Positions 27,872 through 41,000 of a stretch of 64,000 bases of DNA are shown here, piece by piece. The DNA lies in assembly GCA_951406725.2 (NCBI GenBank), contig OX597827.1:22816001-22880000 (forward strand). The letters run 5' to 3'. The notes beneath the pieces were generated by a model. It did not search any database. It worked only from the letters and a program-made list of their open reading frames with translations, and was not told the origin of the DNA. Both the position numbers and the translations under genes were made by a program. Origin of the DNA: Octopus vulgaris (lineage: Eukaryota). Numbering within the stretch: the first letter of the stretch is position 1; every line of letters starts with the position of its first letter.

Positions 27872-28140
27872 CACGCTATGGCATGTGTATATGTGTAAGT
27901 ACGGATGGTACCCTGTGTGTGTGTGTGTGTGTGTGCCATGGCATTTGTATATGTGAAAGTACGGGATGGAAAGTACTCTCTGTTTGTGCTATGGCATGTG
28001 TATTTTTGAAAGCATGGGATGATACCCTGTGTGTGTGTGTGTATGCTATCATATGTATATATGTGAAAGTACTTGATGATACCCTCTGTGTGTGTGTGTG
28101 TGTGTGCACGCTATGGCATGTGTATATGTGAAAGTATGTG
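27760..28140. repeat. Degenerate ~60-bp minisatellite with (GT)n tracts
   Basis: About six units of ctatggcatgtgtatatgtgaaagtac.ggatgatacc(ctgtgtgt)n. Confidence 0.7.
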
Positions 28141-28284
28141 AAACCTTGTGAGTGCGTGCACATACTGCATACCATCTAGATACTTACTGTGTATGTATGC
28201 ATGTATTAGATGTCCCTATATATATTATATGCCTTGTGTGTATGTAAAATTACAGTAGTGAGTACCTTGTTGTTGTTGTTCCAG

Positions 28285-28392
28285 ATTGTTCTGTTATTGA
28301 AGGAGTACATGTCCTCAGGTGATATAGCTGAAGCTACACGCTGTCTGCAAGAGTTGGATGTACCACACTTTCACCATGAACTAGTCTATGAG
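28285..28392 (+). CDS. PDCD4: PDCD4 exon (MA3 domain 2)
   Basis: tccag|ATT..GAG|gttagt; IVLLLKEYMSSGDIAEATRCLQELDVPHFHHELVYE. Confidence 0.97.
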
Positions 28393-28959
28393 GTTAGTAA
28401 CTACTACTACTACTGATGCTGCTACTGCTGCTTTCAGTCGGTCACATTCAATGCACCCACCCACTAGCACATAAAAAAAAAATAGACCCAACATCTCATC
28501 TGCATATAAAAGGTGACTGAAAGGGGTCGAGGTAGGATTTGAACTCCAACCTTGTAAAAACCTCACCAGCAGTGACCACACACAGAGACCCACAAGCTGG
28601 AGGGTTGTCACACCAATTGGTGTGCAGACATTGTCCAGCAGGAATCCCCAGCACGTGACAGTGCATGCCCCCCCATACTGTTATTGCTGTGGGTGTATGA
28701 TAAAACGAATATCTAATGAGCTGACGTATTTTATGAAGCAGGTTGTTGCTGGCTGACGTTTTATAACAAATGTTTAAAAAGCAGATTGCTAATTAACTGC
28801 AATGTTTAATGAAGAAAAGATAATGAATTGATGTATATTAAAAAAAAAAAAAATAAAATAAAATTAACGAGTTATCATTTACACATATAAAAAGAATTTT
28901 AACAGTTGAAGGTTTTGTTGAAGCTTTCATTCTAAGATGGCTGATGGTTCATTTTGTAG

Positions 28960-29070
28960 GCAACTGTTATGGTCCTTGAAGACTCCAGTGACAGAGCTGC
29001 TGAAATGATGTGTAAACTGCTTAAAAGTTTGTGTGTTGCTGTGATAATTACTCCTGAACAAATGAGTCAG
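28960..29070 (+). CDS. PDCD4: PDCD4 exon (MA3 domain 2)
   Basis: tgtag|GCA..CAG|gttcgt; ATVMVLEDSSDRAAEMMCKLLKSLCVAVIITPEQMSQ. Confidence 0.93.
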
Positions 29071-29321
29071 GTTCGTATTATGAACAAATCCAAGTTTAAT
29101 GAATTGTTTTAAGAATTGTAAATGTCTCTTCAATCATTTTTGATTATTTTTACATTGTCATAATTTAATGTTTGTTTCTCTTGCTTGGCAGGAGTTGGAT
29201 TGTTTGACAAGGAGCTGGCAAGGCTGGAGAGCAGCACCAGGCTCCACTGTCTGTTTTAGCATGGTTTCTATGACTGGGTACTTTACATGTGGAGCCAGCA
29301 CTGGCACTTTGTATGTGGTGC

Positions 29322-29464
29322 CAGCACAGGTGCTCTGTACATGCTGTCAGCACAGGTGCTCTGTACATGCTGTCAGCACAGGTGCTCTGTACATGCTGTC
29401 AGCACAGGTGCTCTGTACATGCTGTCAGCACAGGTGCTCTGTACATGCTGTCAGCACAGGTGCT
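29322..29464. repeat. 26-bp perfect minisatellite, 5.5 copies
   Basis: cagcacaggtgctctgtacatgctgt x5 plus a partial unit. Confidence 0.95.
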
Positions 29465-29966
29465 TTATAGGTGGCATCAGAATGGGTGCTTTTTGTTTTT
29501 TGTATGCAACAATACTGTAATGGAAGTATGTCCTGAAAACTGTATTGAACTAAAAACAGTGAGTAAGGCTTAATATTAGGAAGGGATCTTACTTTAAAAC
29601 ACTACCTCAATAATTGTTGTGTATTCATCCAACTCATGCTGACATGGATAATCAGATGTAGAAGGAATGAAGGAATAATATTTATATGTGACGTGTTATT
29701 ATAAATTGTTGCTTAATTGGTAGTTTTGTACAAAAATTTAAAAATCAAAGTTATTTAACTGTAAAGGCAGTGAAATTGTTGGACAAAATGCTTTGTGTTT
29801 AGTTACTTTCCTTTACATTCTGAGTTCAAATCTCATTAAGGTCAGTTTCACTCTTCAGCCTCCTGGGGTCAATAAACTAAGTACCAGTCATGTATTGAGA
29901 TATTTGAAGCATCACTAAATTCTCTTCCATTGCCTTGTGTCTATGTTTTATTTTCAACTCTTATAG

Positions 29967-30106
29967 GGATTCCGAAGGGTCTATGAGGCAATGCCAGACA
30001 TCTGTTTAGATGTTCCTGCTGCCTATACAATTCTGGAGAAGTTTGCAACAATGTGCTTTAAGTCTGGTGTGCTGTCCAGAGAATTGTACCAAGAGCTACC
30101 TCAGAG
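29967..30106 (+). CDS. PDCD4: PDCD4 exon
   Basis: tatag|GGA..AG|gtttgt; GFRRVYEAMPDICLDVPAAYTILEKF..ELPQ. Confidence 0.95.
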
Positions 30107-31083
30107 GTTTGTACCATATTCGGTATTTTTATCACAAAAATCTGTTGGGGTCAGTTCTTTCCTTTTTTGGGTTACTGTTTGTTTGTGTTTATACCTGTGT
30201 AAGTTTTTGGAAGTGTGTGTTGTGTTCTGATGAATCTCCAATTTCCTGTTTCACCATAAGTTGATCTTGATTGGGAAGTTATAAGACCATTGGTCATTCA
30301 TCGGATAATATTGTGTAAGAAAGTGGTGAGTTGGTGGAATTGTTAAAGTTCTGGGCAAAGTGCATTGTAATATTTTGTCCATCTTTATGGTCCGAGTTCA
30401 AATTCTGCTGAGATCAACTTTGCCTTTCATCCTTTTGGGGTTAAATACCAGTTGGACACTAGCATTGATGTAATTGACATGTTGATGTGGCCCTCTCCCC
30501 AAATTGCTGCCGAAATTTCACACCAATATCATATTGTGTAATATTTCTTTGAAGACAGTAGGGTGCGATTTAAGAGCAAATTTGGCTGCTATTTTTACCA
30601 GATTGAGTGCTAATGTTGTGACTCTTTCCTTGATATGTCTTAGGTTGACAACTGTAGAAGAAAATCTGGGCTGTGAAGTTGGGAAAGGATAAGGATTGAG
30701 TGTTTTGTGCAAGGTCTTGATGGGGCAGTGAGACTTTAATGGTTGGCTTGAGTGCGAATGGTGTGTATCTTGTTGATAGTGTATTATAACACGTTTAGAA
30801 GCATAAGGTTCATGGTTGTTGTGTTGGTTGTCTTTGTGAACCAATTGGATGTTTGCTTTTTGGTTTGATGTGTGTACACATGATTACATTCAAATAAATT
30901 ATGATCCCTCTTGTTTTTCCCTTTTTATCACTTTTACAGCTGTTTATATCCTTCTTTTCTGCTGTTTCCTGTATCCCTTTCTTTTTGTCTTCTATCACCC
31001 TTTTCTTTGTCTCCTGTCTCTCCCTTCTGTTTCCTCTATTTACCCCACCCTATTCATGTTTCCTTTCTGCTGTATTCTTTCAG

Positions 31084-31144
31084 GGGCCGTAAACGGTTCG
31101 TCTCAGAAGGTGATGGTGGTCGTATCAAAGATTCTCAGAACTAA
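31084..31144 (+). CDS. PDCD4: PDCD4 terminal coding exon
   Basis: ttcag|G..TAA; (R)GRKRFVSEGDGGRIKDSQN*, the conserved PDCD4 C-terminus. Confidence 0.97.
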
Positions 31145-31394
31145 GTTTCCGTCAACTCTCCCGGTGCCAGTTGAACGACTATGGACATTCCTGTTTCAAA
31201 CCTGTCTGACTGCTGTAACCATTGATGATGATGATGATGTGGCATGGAGGGAGGGAGGGAGGGGCGAGATGAAACACTTCCTTTTCTTGGTTTTCATTTT
31301 ATTATTATTATTATTATTTACATACCAGTTACATACTGGGGATTGATTTGACTATATCTCCGTCCCCTAAATTTTCTGGCCTTAAGTTAGATCA

Positions 31395-31429
<35 letters not shown>

Positions 31430-32016
31430 TGGGCAGGAGATGGCAGAGTTAATAAAGCAGTGGACAAATAACTTACCCTTACAGTATTTGTTAGGTTCCT
31501 TCTATGTTCTGAGTTCTTATTCTGCTGAGGTGAATCTAGATTTCCATCCTTCCAAAGTTGATTAAATAAAATCCCATCCAGTTAGAGGCTGGGATAATCC
31601 ACTCTAATCTACTATACCACCCTACTTTTCCTAAGCTAGGACAACATTTAAAAGAAATCATTATTATTATTATTATTATTATTATTTACTAAATAATATT
31701 GGTATTGCAATTGTTTTCCATTCCCCGTTTCATGTTTCTTCAGTTGTGTGCTCAATCCCTTTGTCATTCCCCTCCACCCTGACATTTAGTATTTGCTCAC
31801 CCCTAGATGTCTGATCACTTCAACAGTGACCTGGCTGATCATTTTTAAGGGTGACTCTCACCACCCTTCTGTTAATACTGCTTCTGTTTTTAATACTCTC
31901 TCTCCCTCTATATACACACATACAAATATACAACACACACATATATATCTATATATACATATATATACACATATACATTTATACAATATATATATATATA
32001 CACATACATATATATA

Positions 32017-32085
<69 letters not shown>

Positions 32086-32738
32086 CACGTCTATGTGCAA
32101 TGGTCCTTGCATACATATATATATATATGTTTGAATGTGTGTGATGTTAATGCATTTGTTTATGCACATAGACTGTGTGTGTGTGTGCATCTGTTCACAC
32201 ACTGCAAGCTATGTTTGAAGTTTTCTTTTGAATTTTAGTATTTATATTGTTTGTTTAGGAAAAACTCAACTTTTGAGACCTTCATTCTCACCTAAGGTGA
32301 GGAACCTGTCGACTACATTGGCTAAACTCTACCCCATACCTACCTTGCTTCTCATTTCTCTCTCTCTTCCCTCCATCTTCTGCTCTTCAAACACAGATAC
32401 ACTGAATATGATTATAAGATGGCATAGTCATGTCTGGAATGCCTTTGATTGTTATAGGTTCCCTGGTCTTAGGATTAAATAAATGATGCTGCTGTTGCTA
32501 CTGCTACTACTGCTACCCGGGTGGATGGATAGGTTGGGTACCCTGACATACCGACATAAATGGAAATTCTATAAGGAAGTTGTAGACATCCCGTATGTGA
32601 CCATCCCATCTCCATTCTCTTTTTTTCTACTGGCTTCAGAATAACTTTCCAGTGTTAAAGATAGAGAAGTGTTAGCAAAATAAAACTTCTTTACACACGC
32701 ACACACATGCACATACATAAAACCTGTATTTGTGAAGG

Positions 32739-32776
<38 letters not shown>

Positions 32777-33636
32777 ACTCTTTTTGTTTCCACCCCTTTA
32801 ACTCAGTTTCTAGAATACTAGAAAGATTTAGGAAATTGTGACAAATGAGATTTATCAAAAAATAATTTTTAAGTTGTAATTCTTATTTTTATAAATTCTT
32901 TTTTTTGTGGCTTTTATATTGCATTTTTTACCCTCTAATTTTTTTTTTCTTTTGTTCTTTAAATACGGCAGTGTTTGATTGAGTTTTTTTTCATTTCTTG
33001 ACATCTGGATGCACCATGTGTGTCTGCACAAACCCACACATTGGTAATACAGTGTTTTTCTTTCACAGTTGTTACACATAAGCTGTCACTGATAAGTATC
33101 ATCTCAAGGCACTTGGCCTACTAATTACAGTATTGGGACTCCTGATCATAAGATTGTGGGTTCAGTTACAGGACCAGGCAACACATTGTTTTCTTGAGCA
33201 AGGTGCTTCATTAATGTTGGTCCAGTCTCCGAATACCATCTTAGCATCTGTGCACACTTTACTCTCTCTTAAGTCGTCGCTTCTTTGAGGATTTGCTAGA
33301 TTAAGACCCTGTCTAAGCCTGCTCATATCTAAATATCTAAAGACAATTAGCAAATTTACGGTGCATGTTGCCAGGTCAAACTTACTTGCAAATGACAGCT
33401 GTTTTTACTTTTTCTTTATTTTTTGTTATGTGCACACACACACTCACACACACACACACACACACACACAAGTCAATTTTATACCATTTTTTTCTTTGAA
33501 CTGCCTTTCTCTTCTGTCCACTCTATCCTTGTTATCTTCCCAACCTCAAGACCAGATCTCAAGCTGTGATAGCTACAATAACATAGGGCAATAAACTCTC
33601 ACTTCTATAATTTTTTTCACCTTTATTGTTTCCATT

Positions 33637-34176
33637 TGTAGTGAGAGACAAAATAGTTATTTTGTCATCGTGGCATCGCACAGTTGTGCTACTCTCACTC
33701 AATCAGTTAGAGCTGCCCGCAGAAGGATACCAGTAGCAACTTCTGCCCAGCAGTATTTAGTGCCCTTTTCAAAGTTGCAGCATTGCCTCCTTCAATGTGC
33801 TTACTATTTCAGTGTACAACACTTATACCCTGCGATTCAATTCACGAATATCAGTTTTCACTCTGCTTCATATAAACAACTGAAATATTTTAGCTTAAGT
33901 CATGCAAATTTGCATGACTTAAGCTAAAATATTTCAGTTGTTTATATGAAGCAGAGTGAAAACTGATATTCGTGAATTGAATCGCAGGGTATAAGTGTTG
34001 TACACTGAAATAGTAAGCACATTGAAGGAGGCAATGCTGCAACTTTGAAAAGGGTACTAAATACTGCTGGGCTGAAGTTGCTACTGGTATCCTTTTGTGG
34101 GCAGCTCTAACTGATTGAAGTGAGAGTAGCACAACTGTGCGATGCCACGATGACAAAATAGCTCTTTGTCACTACA
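33637..34176. repeat. 540-bp spacerless palindrome (probable foldback or palindromic non-autonomous transposon)
   Basis: Centre catgcaaa|tttgcatg at 33908/33909; arms of ~270 bp are near-perfect reverse complements; ends TGTAGTGA..TCACTACA. Confidence 0.92.
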
Positions 34177-35160
34177 CTATCCCCTTTTAGACTGCAAGTT
34201 GATACAAATAAGCAGGAAAGACAAAAGACTACATATCTATGGTGATGAAGGGGACTGGACCGATGGATCCCAACCCAAGTAGATTAAGAGCAGAGACACT
34301 GATTCATCTTGTAAGGGAAACTAACCACAAGAATCTTCAACTTGTCATTGTTTTCCCAACAAGCTGTGATGACAGATGCAGTGCTGTGAAAAAGTTATGC
34401 TGTGTTGGTTGGTGAATGTGATGCGAGGCTGAGAAAAATTGTGCATAGGAGGAGAGAGAATCTAGGGAATGTATATGGGACACAGGATCTATTTGGGTGA
34501 GTTGGAATAGCGGTGTCACTTTGCATGTGCAATGTGCCAGTTGTTGCGTAACTGGGGCACATTCAGCCCTTGCGCGCATGCTCACCCACGCTGTCTGTCC
34601 TCATCTTCTTTGCCTCTTACGTGTCTCAGTCAATTTCACTTTTTCTCTTTAATCTATTTCCCCTTATAAATGAAACGTGTTCAGTGCCTGTTGTTACCTC
34701 CATACCATTTTATTATGCTAACATCTAGGATCTTGATATTCAGTAGACTTTGATTGCAGTTTGCAAAGCAGAAGACGAGCTTCTATAAAATGATGCTGAA
34801 TATCACTGTCCCCAAATTCCTTGATGCCAGAATGAAACTTTGGCATGGAAGCAAGAACTTTTGTATCTGTGTATCTATTTTTCTACTGTATTGACTTGTG
34901 ACTTTTCTTCTTGCCCCTACCCACTTTCCTCTGTTCTTTATTATAAACAGTATTCCAATATATTATTTGAAATCATAAAAATAGCACCCAGTAAAAAACA
35001 AAAACGAAAAACGAAAAACCTACCTAAACTCCACAACTGCAACATCCTTGATTAGATTTCAGGATGTGGTTTTTTTTCTTCAACTCACTGTATCTCATCT
35101 AGATTTTCCATATTTCCACTTTTGCATCTCCAATTTCTATTCACCTGGCCTATCCCAACC

Positions 35161-35198
<38 letters not shown>

Positions 35199-35230
35199 AG
35201 AAGCAGATTTTGCGAATATATGTGCATACC

Positions 35231-35283
<53 letters not shown>

Positions 35284-38084
35284 TCACATTCAGAAAAGTA
35301 TGTATTGTTTATTTGGGGACACATTTCACCTCTTTAAGGAATCGGAATTTGATTGATTTAAAAATAAAAAAAAGTTTTTTAAATCCCTCGTGTCCTCTCT
35401 GCCTTCACAATTCTATTGTTTTTGACCCTTCTGGTGTCCCACCCCAATCCCACTGATCTTCATATCCCTAACCTTATTAACCACTTGTTCTCCTTCCTTC
35501 ATTACTGCTCCCATGATCCTCACTTGGTGTTACCCCCACTCCCATCTGTCCTCAAATCCCTGATGTGTTAAGGGTTTAGAAACTGGGTTCTTTCATTGAT
35601 TGAGAATTTCTCCAGATTGTCTTCAAGGGGGCTGCTCTGTGCATGTGTGTGAATACAAGTCATAGTGTAAATAATGTTCTCAGATAAGCAGGGACCCTGA
35701 GCTTGAGTTTGTTTCTCGTCCCTGATGTGTCAGGGAGTGAGACCTGACTAATTGCTTCCTCATCTCAGTTTCTTTAGGTACAAATTTAGGTTTTTCTCTT
35801 GCCGCCTATCCCTTTATAAGTGGGCAGAGTGAGTTCCCATAATGAGTTGGAGTCCTCTCCAGTGTCACAACTCCTGAAACTGGAATTACCATTGTTTTGG
35901 CAGATTATTTTTGGACTTGGTATTAACTTTTGGATAGAGGGGATGACTAATTAATAAATTAGTTTTCATAATGGAAACGAAACTTACTAATTATTGATGA
36001 ATTACAACAATAGTCATGGTGATGGCTGTGGTGACAGTGACTAAATTTGAATAAATGTTGAAGGTTGAAGACAACTGAAGATGGTGCTGAGATAAGAACC
36101 TAGATGAAATATGCAACAGGGATTGAGGCCAGGTGGGGGTGGGAAATAGTGGAACAAACACCTTGTTTGTCGCAGGGAGATTCCATTATCAAGTTGAGTA
36201 GTGGTACCACCCATATAAAGTGTGACATTTTAGGGTGAAAGATCAAAAGCATGAAAATAAATTCATTTTGTATATTTCCTTTGCAAAGAAATGAGGGTAA
36301 AAAAATGGCATTATATATAAAAAAAAAATAAATTCACTAAGATATTCTTTCAGTAATTATTGATAATAATAATAATAATAATAATGTTTTATTTCCTATG
36401 GCTGTTTAATTATTTTTATACCTAAGGTCAAATGTGGGCATCGTTTACTGAAAAGTTAATTTTGTCAACTGTTAATCAATTAATTATTTCCTAATGTAGC
36501 AGAAGTTATCAATAAACCGTTAACGTTAATTTTTATTATAGAAAAAGAAAAACAGACTATCAGTTTTCGCTCTAAAAACACCTTTAAAAAGTGCCAAAAC
36601 TATAAAATCCGTTAACTTCAGTTGAATGAAAGTTAACTTCCATTAACTCAAGTTGACTTGATTTAATGGAAGTTAAATGTAAAGGAAGTTAATTAGTCTG
36701 ATAATAATTTCCAAAGTTAACGAAGAAGTTAAATCAGTAATGAAAATGTTAACTTTAATTAACAATTAACGGTTTGGTTAAGGTGTATGTTGAACAATAA
36801 TGCAATGTAGTCCTGACTACCTTCCCCTAAGAAATTTGCTTTCATATTTCACCAGCTTCTTCGCCCCCCCCCCCATAATTTCAATGTCTTGTTCCCCCAC
36901 CCCCACCTCCATACTATCTCTTGCACAATGTTTCATAATTTGTTGTTTATTTTCTTTCTTTCGTCACTGCGTTCATGAGGTTCACCCTCCCAAAATAAGA
37001 CCTCACTGCTTCTTTCTATGTCTTCTTTGGCAGATTCCTTCCACTTGGTTCACTTGGCACTTCTTTATCCAAATGTCCGCCTCCACATGCATTTCATCCA
37101 TTATATATCTCTCTTTTTTTTTTTCCCCCTCTTGCACAAAGCTACATGTGATTCTTTTTATACCCAGTTTTTCCTCTCTGCTCATTTGTTCATGTGTACT
37201 ATTCTTACGCATACAGCATAATATATACGTGTGTGTGTGTGTGTGTGTGTGTGTACTTATAAAGGTACTAATTTCCTGTTGTCAAAGAGACAAGTCATGC
37301 ACCTCCTTTTATCCTTGGTTTCTGACAACTCTATCTTAACGTATATTTCAAGTGTTCCTTAAAGTGACTCTTGAAGGGTCAGCTGTAGACTAACGACGAC
37401 TTCTCAGTGACTGGAAGCATTTTGATAACAACTGTATGTACCATTACAACAATGAAATGCATTTTCACAGCTGACCCATGGCTTGGCTTCAAATTTCAGG
37501 TTTCTCACATTTCACTTCATCAGGCAGCATTTCACTGAAATGTGGACCATTTTAGGAATAATTCTCTCTTGAGGACTTCATCTTTTGGAAGTCCGTCACA
37601 CAAAAGAAAGCAATCGACACACGAGCACCTACTTTACTGTCAATTGAGTTTCATATAAGAATTTTTGAAAAAATTTTGCAATTCACTTCCCTTTGATTGA
37701 AATCAACCCAAGTGTTTCTGATGGTCATTCCGGGTCTTAGGGCTCTTCAAACTCAGCTCTCTAAGTGGCCATTGATTTGTCTTGAAGGACGTGGAACATG
37801 CTTGACTTGTCTCTTTCACTAAAAGCCCCTGTGTTTCTCTGTCACCTTCGTTGGTACAGAATGGAAATATTTAGAAACACTATTCCAAGACTATATAGAA
37901 AATGGATGGGGCTATATTGGAAAATGCTATCCTTGCAAGGTTTATATATATATATATATATATGTATCAATAATAATAATAAAAGGATAAAATTTAATTA
38001 ATTCATTAATTAATCAATCAATTAATTAATAATTTTACCAAGTAGATCGCTACGTTAAAATAACCTTTTTAGGTAAAATTATAC

Positions 38085-38349
38085 TATAAACATAATTACA
38101 ATCATAGGTCAGCTAATTGCTTCAACACACACTGAATTTAGAAATAGGAGTTAAAATGCCTTTTCTGCTACCATAAAGATCTCCCAGACAGTAACACTTT
38201 TTTACGTAGGCAAAAAGAAAAAAACTAATGAATCCACACGACTCAGATTAGTTACATCTATGATAGCAGAAAAGGCATTTTAACTCCTATTTCTAAATTT
38301 GGTGTGTGGTGAAGCAATTAGCTGACCTCTGATTATAATTATGTTTATA
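38085..38349. repeat. Inverted repeat with ~95-bp arms and ~75-bp spacer
   Basis: tataaacataatt..ggtcagctaattgcttca..gaaataggagttaaaatgccttttctgcta and its reverse complement. Confidence 0.9.
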
Positions 38350-39079
38350 ATTATAGAATATTTGTATATATATATACACACACACATGGCATTATGTGTT
38401 TATATACCTGCATAAATATATACACCTCACCACACCCGCACAAATACATCTTTATACAATTTTTAAAAAATAGTTCTTCAAACTGAAAAGGTCTGTTTTT
38501 CTCTTTAAGTGGTTGCTTGTAAATTGTCTTTGGCATCATAACAATTCGTCACATCTCCTTCTGCCTCCATATTTCATAGATATCTTTGCCTTCAGATGGT
38601 GTTTTCCTTTTGTTTGTTTGTTTGTTTTCTTTATTTTGGTTTTTCTCTTTCTTTACCAAACTTAATCATCATCCAGCGCATGATGAGTGCCACATGGATG
38701 GGTGGGTGGGTGGAGGAGTTTGACACAGGTGAATGAATGTCTTTACTACATTTTATCATAATTTTTATTTTAAATTTTTTCTTTCATTATTTTTTCATTT
38801 AAAAACACACACATGCATACATACAAATAAAAAAAACATGAACTAAAATTCAAAAAAAAAAAAGCAATCCTCTTTGTGATAAGTCTAACTTTTTTTCTTA
38901 ATTCAGCTATTTTCTTAGGTTTGTATTCTTGAGCTTTCTTAAAAGCTGTAGTAAAACTTTGAAACAGCTCTACGGTTTTTGTCTTGTTTTATTTGCACAT
39001 CAACACGTTTGATCCATTGACCTGTGTCCTGCTAAAGGCATACACGACTGCCTTCATTGTTCACAACTTCTTGCCCACA

Positions 39080-40030
39080 TTCCACTCACTTGTCACTTCC
39101 TTGCTGATAGAAATCACTGGTTCTTGACTCAAAGGATCCTTTGAGTCAAGTGTTCATCTCCTTGCTGTTCAATGAAATGCCTTGCAACTGAAAAAGGTGA
39201 TAATCTGAAGGCTCTATGTCGGGAGAATATGGTGGATGCTGTAGAATTTCCCAAATGTGCTCTTGAATAGCATTCTTGGTCAAATCAGTGATGTGGAGAT
39301 GAGCATTGCCATATTGCACTGGGTTTTGGACTTTACCCATCAAGTGAGGGTAATGGGCAATGGTATCATGAAAGTACCCCATTTGTGGGGACAGTTTTAT
39401 TGTGGATTGGCATGAGTCCTTGTGAATGAGTTTATTCTTTCAGCCATCAGGCTGGCCAATTGAACTTTCTCTCTTTGAAGCTTGAAAACCATTTCTGTGC
39501 AGTTCTTTCAATAATATTGCCTTCTCCATACACCGTACAAATGTCCTGAGTGACATTGACAGCTTTGGAACTTTGATTCGAGAAACAAACATCAAAAATG
39601 CTCTTTTTTTTTTTTGTTCTACTTGGCATTTTGTCAGGTTTGAAAAGTGGTAAATTTTATTTTAATTTCAGAAATGAAAAACAAAACTTATAGAGGCAGA
39701 ACAGCTACAAAATAATAAAGGTTTTTCTTTTAACCCCTCCCCCAACAAAATGCTTTTGATAAAAATAACCCTTTTGCATTCACATTACTCTATCAAATGT
39801 GATTTGCATTCGAATTAGTCATGCATTACCTTGTAGCATTAAGATTTCAATGATGTGATTGTATATTTTAAAAATGACATTGTAAGGTAAGTGTGAGAGA
39901 CCAGATCCGGCCAGTTTGAACATAAAACCAGGAGAATATTTTGATGGGATTATGGCCAGTGTAAATGCTCAAGGGTTAATTCAAATAATGTTGGAAAGAA
40001 ACAAATGAATTTATTCTGATACCTCACTAT
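39080..40030 (-). mobile_element. Mariner transposase remnant with nested piggyBac-like MITE (39769-39975)
   Basis: WEILQHPPYSPDIEPSDYHLF and ICTVYGEG..RTAQKWF motifs; possible TIR at ~39980-40030. Confidence 0.8.
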
Positions 40031-40289
40031 TTCTTGCCAGCCAGTTCCTGGCAAAACTTTAAATCATGAAGAATATAATAAACCATTTCAAAGGACTCGA
40101 GCAAAACAAACTTCTTGAAATAAATAAAAAAAAGGAAAATAAGGAAAGCTTCTAACAATGCAGAAAGTTTTACAAAAAAAAAAAAAAAACATTTTGAAGG
40201 AAGCAGTCAAAGAAATATGTATTTTCATAGATTTTATTTTAAACTGCTCGGTGTTTGGGTTAGTAACTGTTGGTCGTTGTATTTTCACC

Positions 40290-41000
40290 TGGTGGTGGAA
40301 GACGGTGTTGGTGGCGTATGTTATGATGTATTCATAGGAGCCACTGGCTCATCTCTGATCGACCATTGATTTTTCAGCTTGAGGTGGTGGATCAGTATAG
40401 CTTCTTTGATATGAAGATTTCCTGTGTTCCTCTCCGAAACTACTATGGAGGCGTCTTTCTCTTTGGTGGTGTTTGCAGGAGGAAGACACATCTGTAGTGA
40501 AGTACTCCTTCATTTGGATGTGGAGGGTGGTTGGACTGTGATACTGATGTAACAGTTGTATTTGGAGCATCATGTCTGGTATACTATATATGGAAGCACA
40601 TGTTAGTGTTGTGAATGGGGTAGTGTTCAAGGCTGTTTTTCTGGGCATGACCACCTCATTGATAAGGATGACCCTGAATGGTCCAGTAGGATGTAGAGGC
40701 CTTGTAAATGGTGGAAGTGGTCTTCTCATTAAAGTGAGGAATCTACAAAAAGCAGGTCTTAGATCCTTCTTGCCATATTCTTTTGGCTTATGTTCATGTA
40801 TGGAGTTAACAGATGTCGGATATCATCAGTTGGTGTCCAGTACCTTTAGGAACTGAGCAACATGTGTGTCCTGGCTGGTGCTGTCATTGCATCTCTTGTG
40901 TAGCTGATCTTAGCCATGATGGGGAGGGCCAATTTGCAATGGACAAAGAGGTCCTGGCAGGCTGATTTTTGGTGGAACACTTGTACCCAACAAGGTTAAC
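40290..41000 (-). mobile_element. Degenerate Penelope-like element (GIY-YIG end)
   Basis: Frameshifted remnant containing YNCYISIT.. and ..ERNTGNLHIKEAILIHH. Confidence 0.45.

Noticed and set aside
29322-29464. CRISPR-like regular repeats
   Set aside because: Contiguous units without spacers, in eukaryotic DNA with no cas genes.
33670-34156. Two near-identical ORFs on opposite strands
   Set aside because: A by-product of the palindrome; no recognisable protein.
36420-36790. gttaac-rich segment with weak terminal inverted similarity
   Set aside because: Probably an old DNA transposon, but TIR and TSD are too degenerate to call.
31145-39000. Extent of the PDCD4 3' UTR and poly(A) site
   Set aside because: Several AATAAA and T-rich tracts occur, but none can be singled out from sequence alone.
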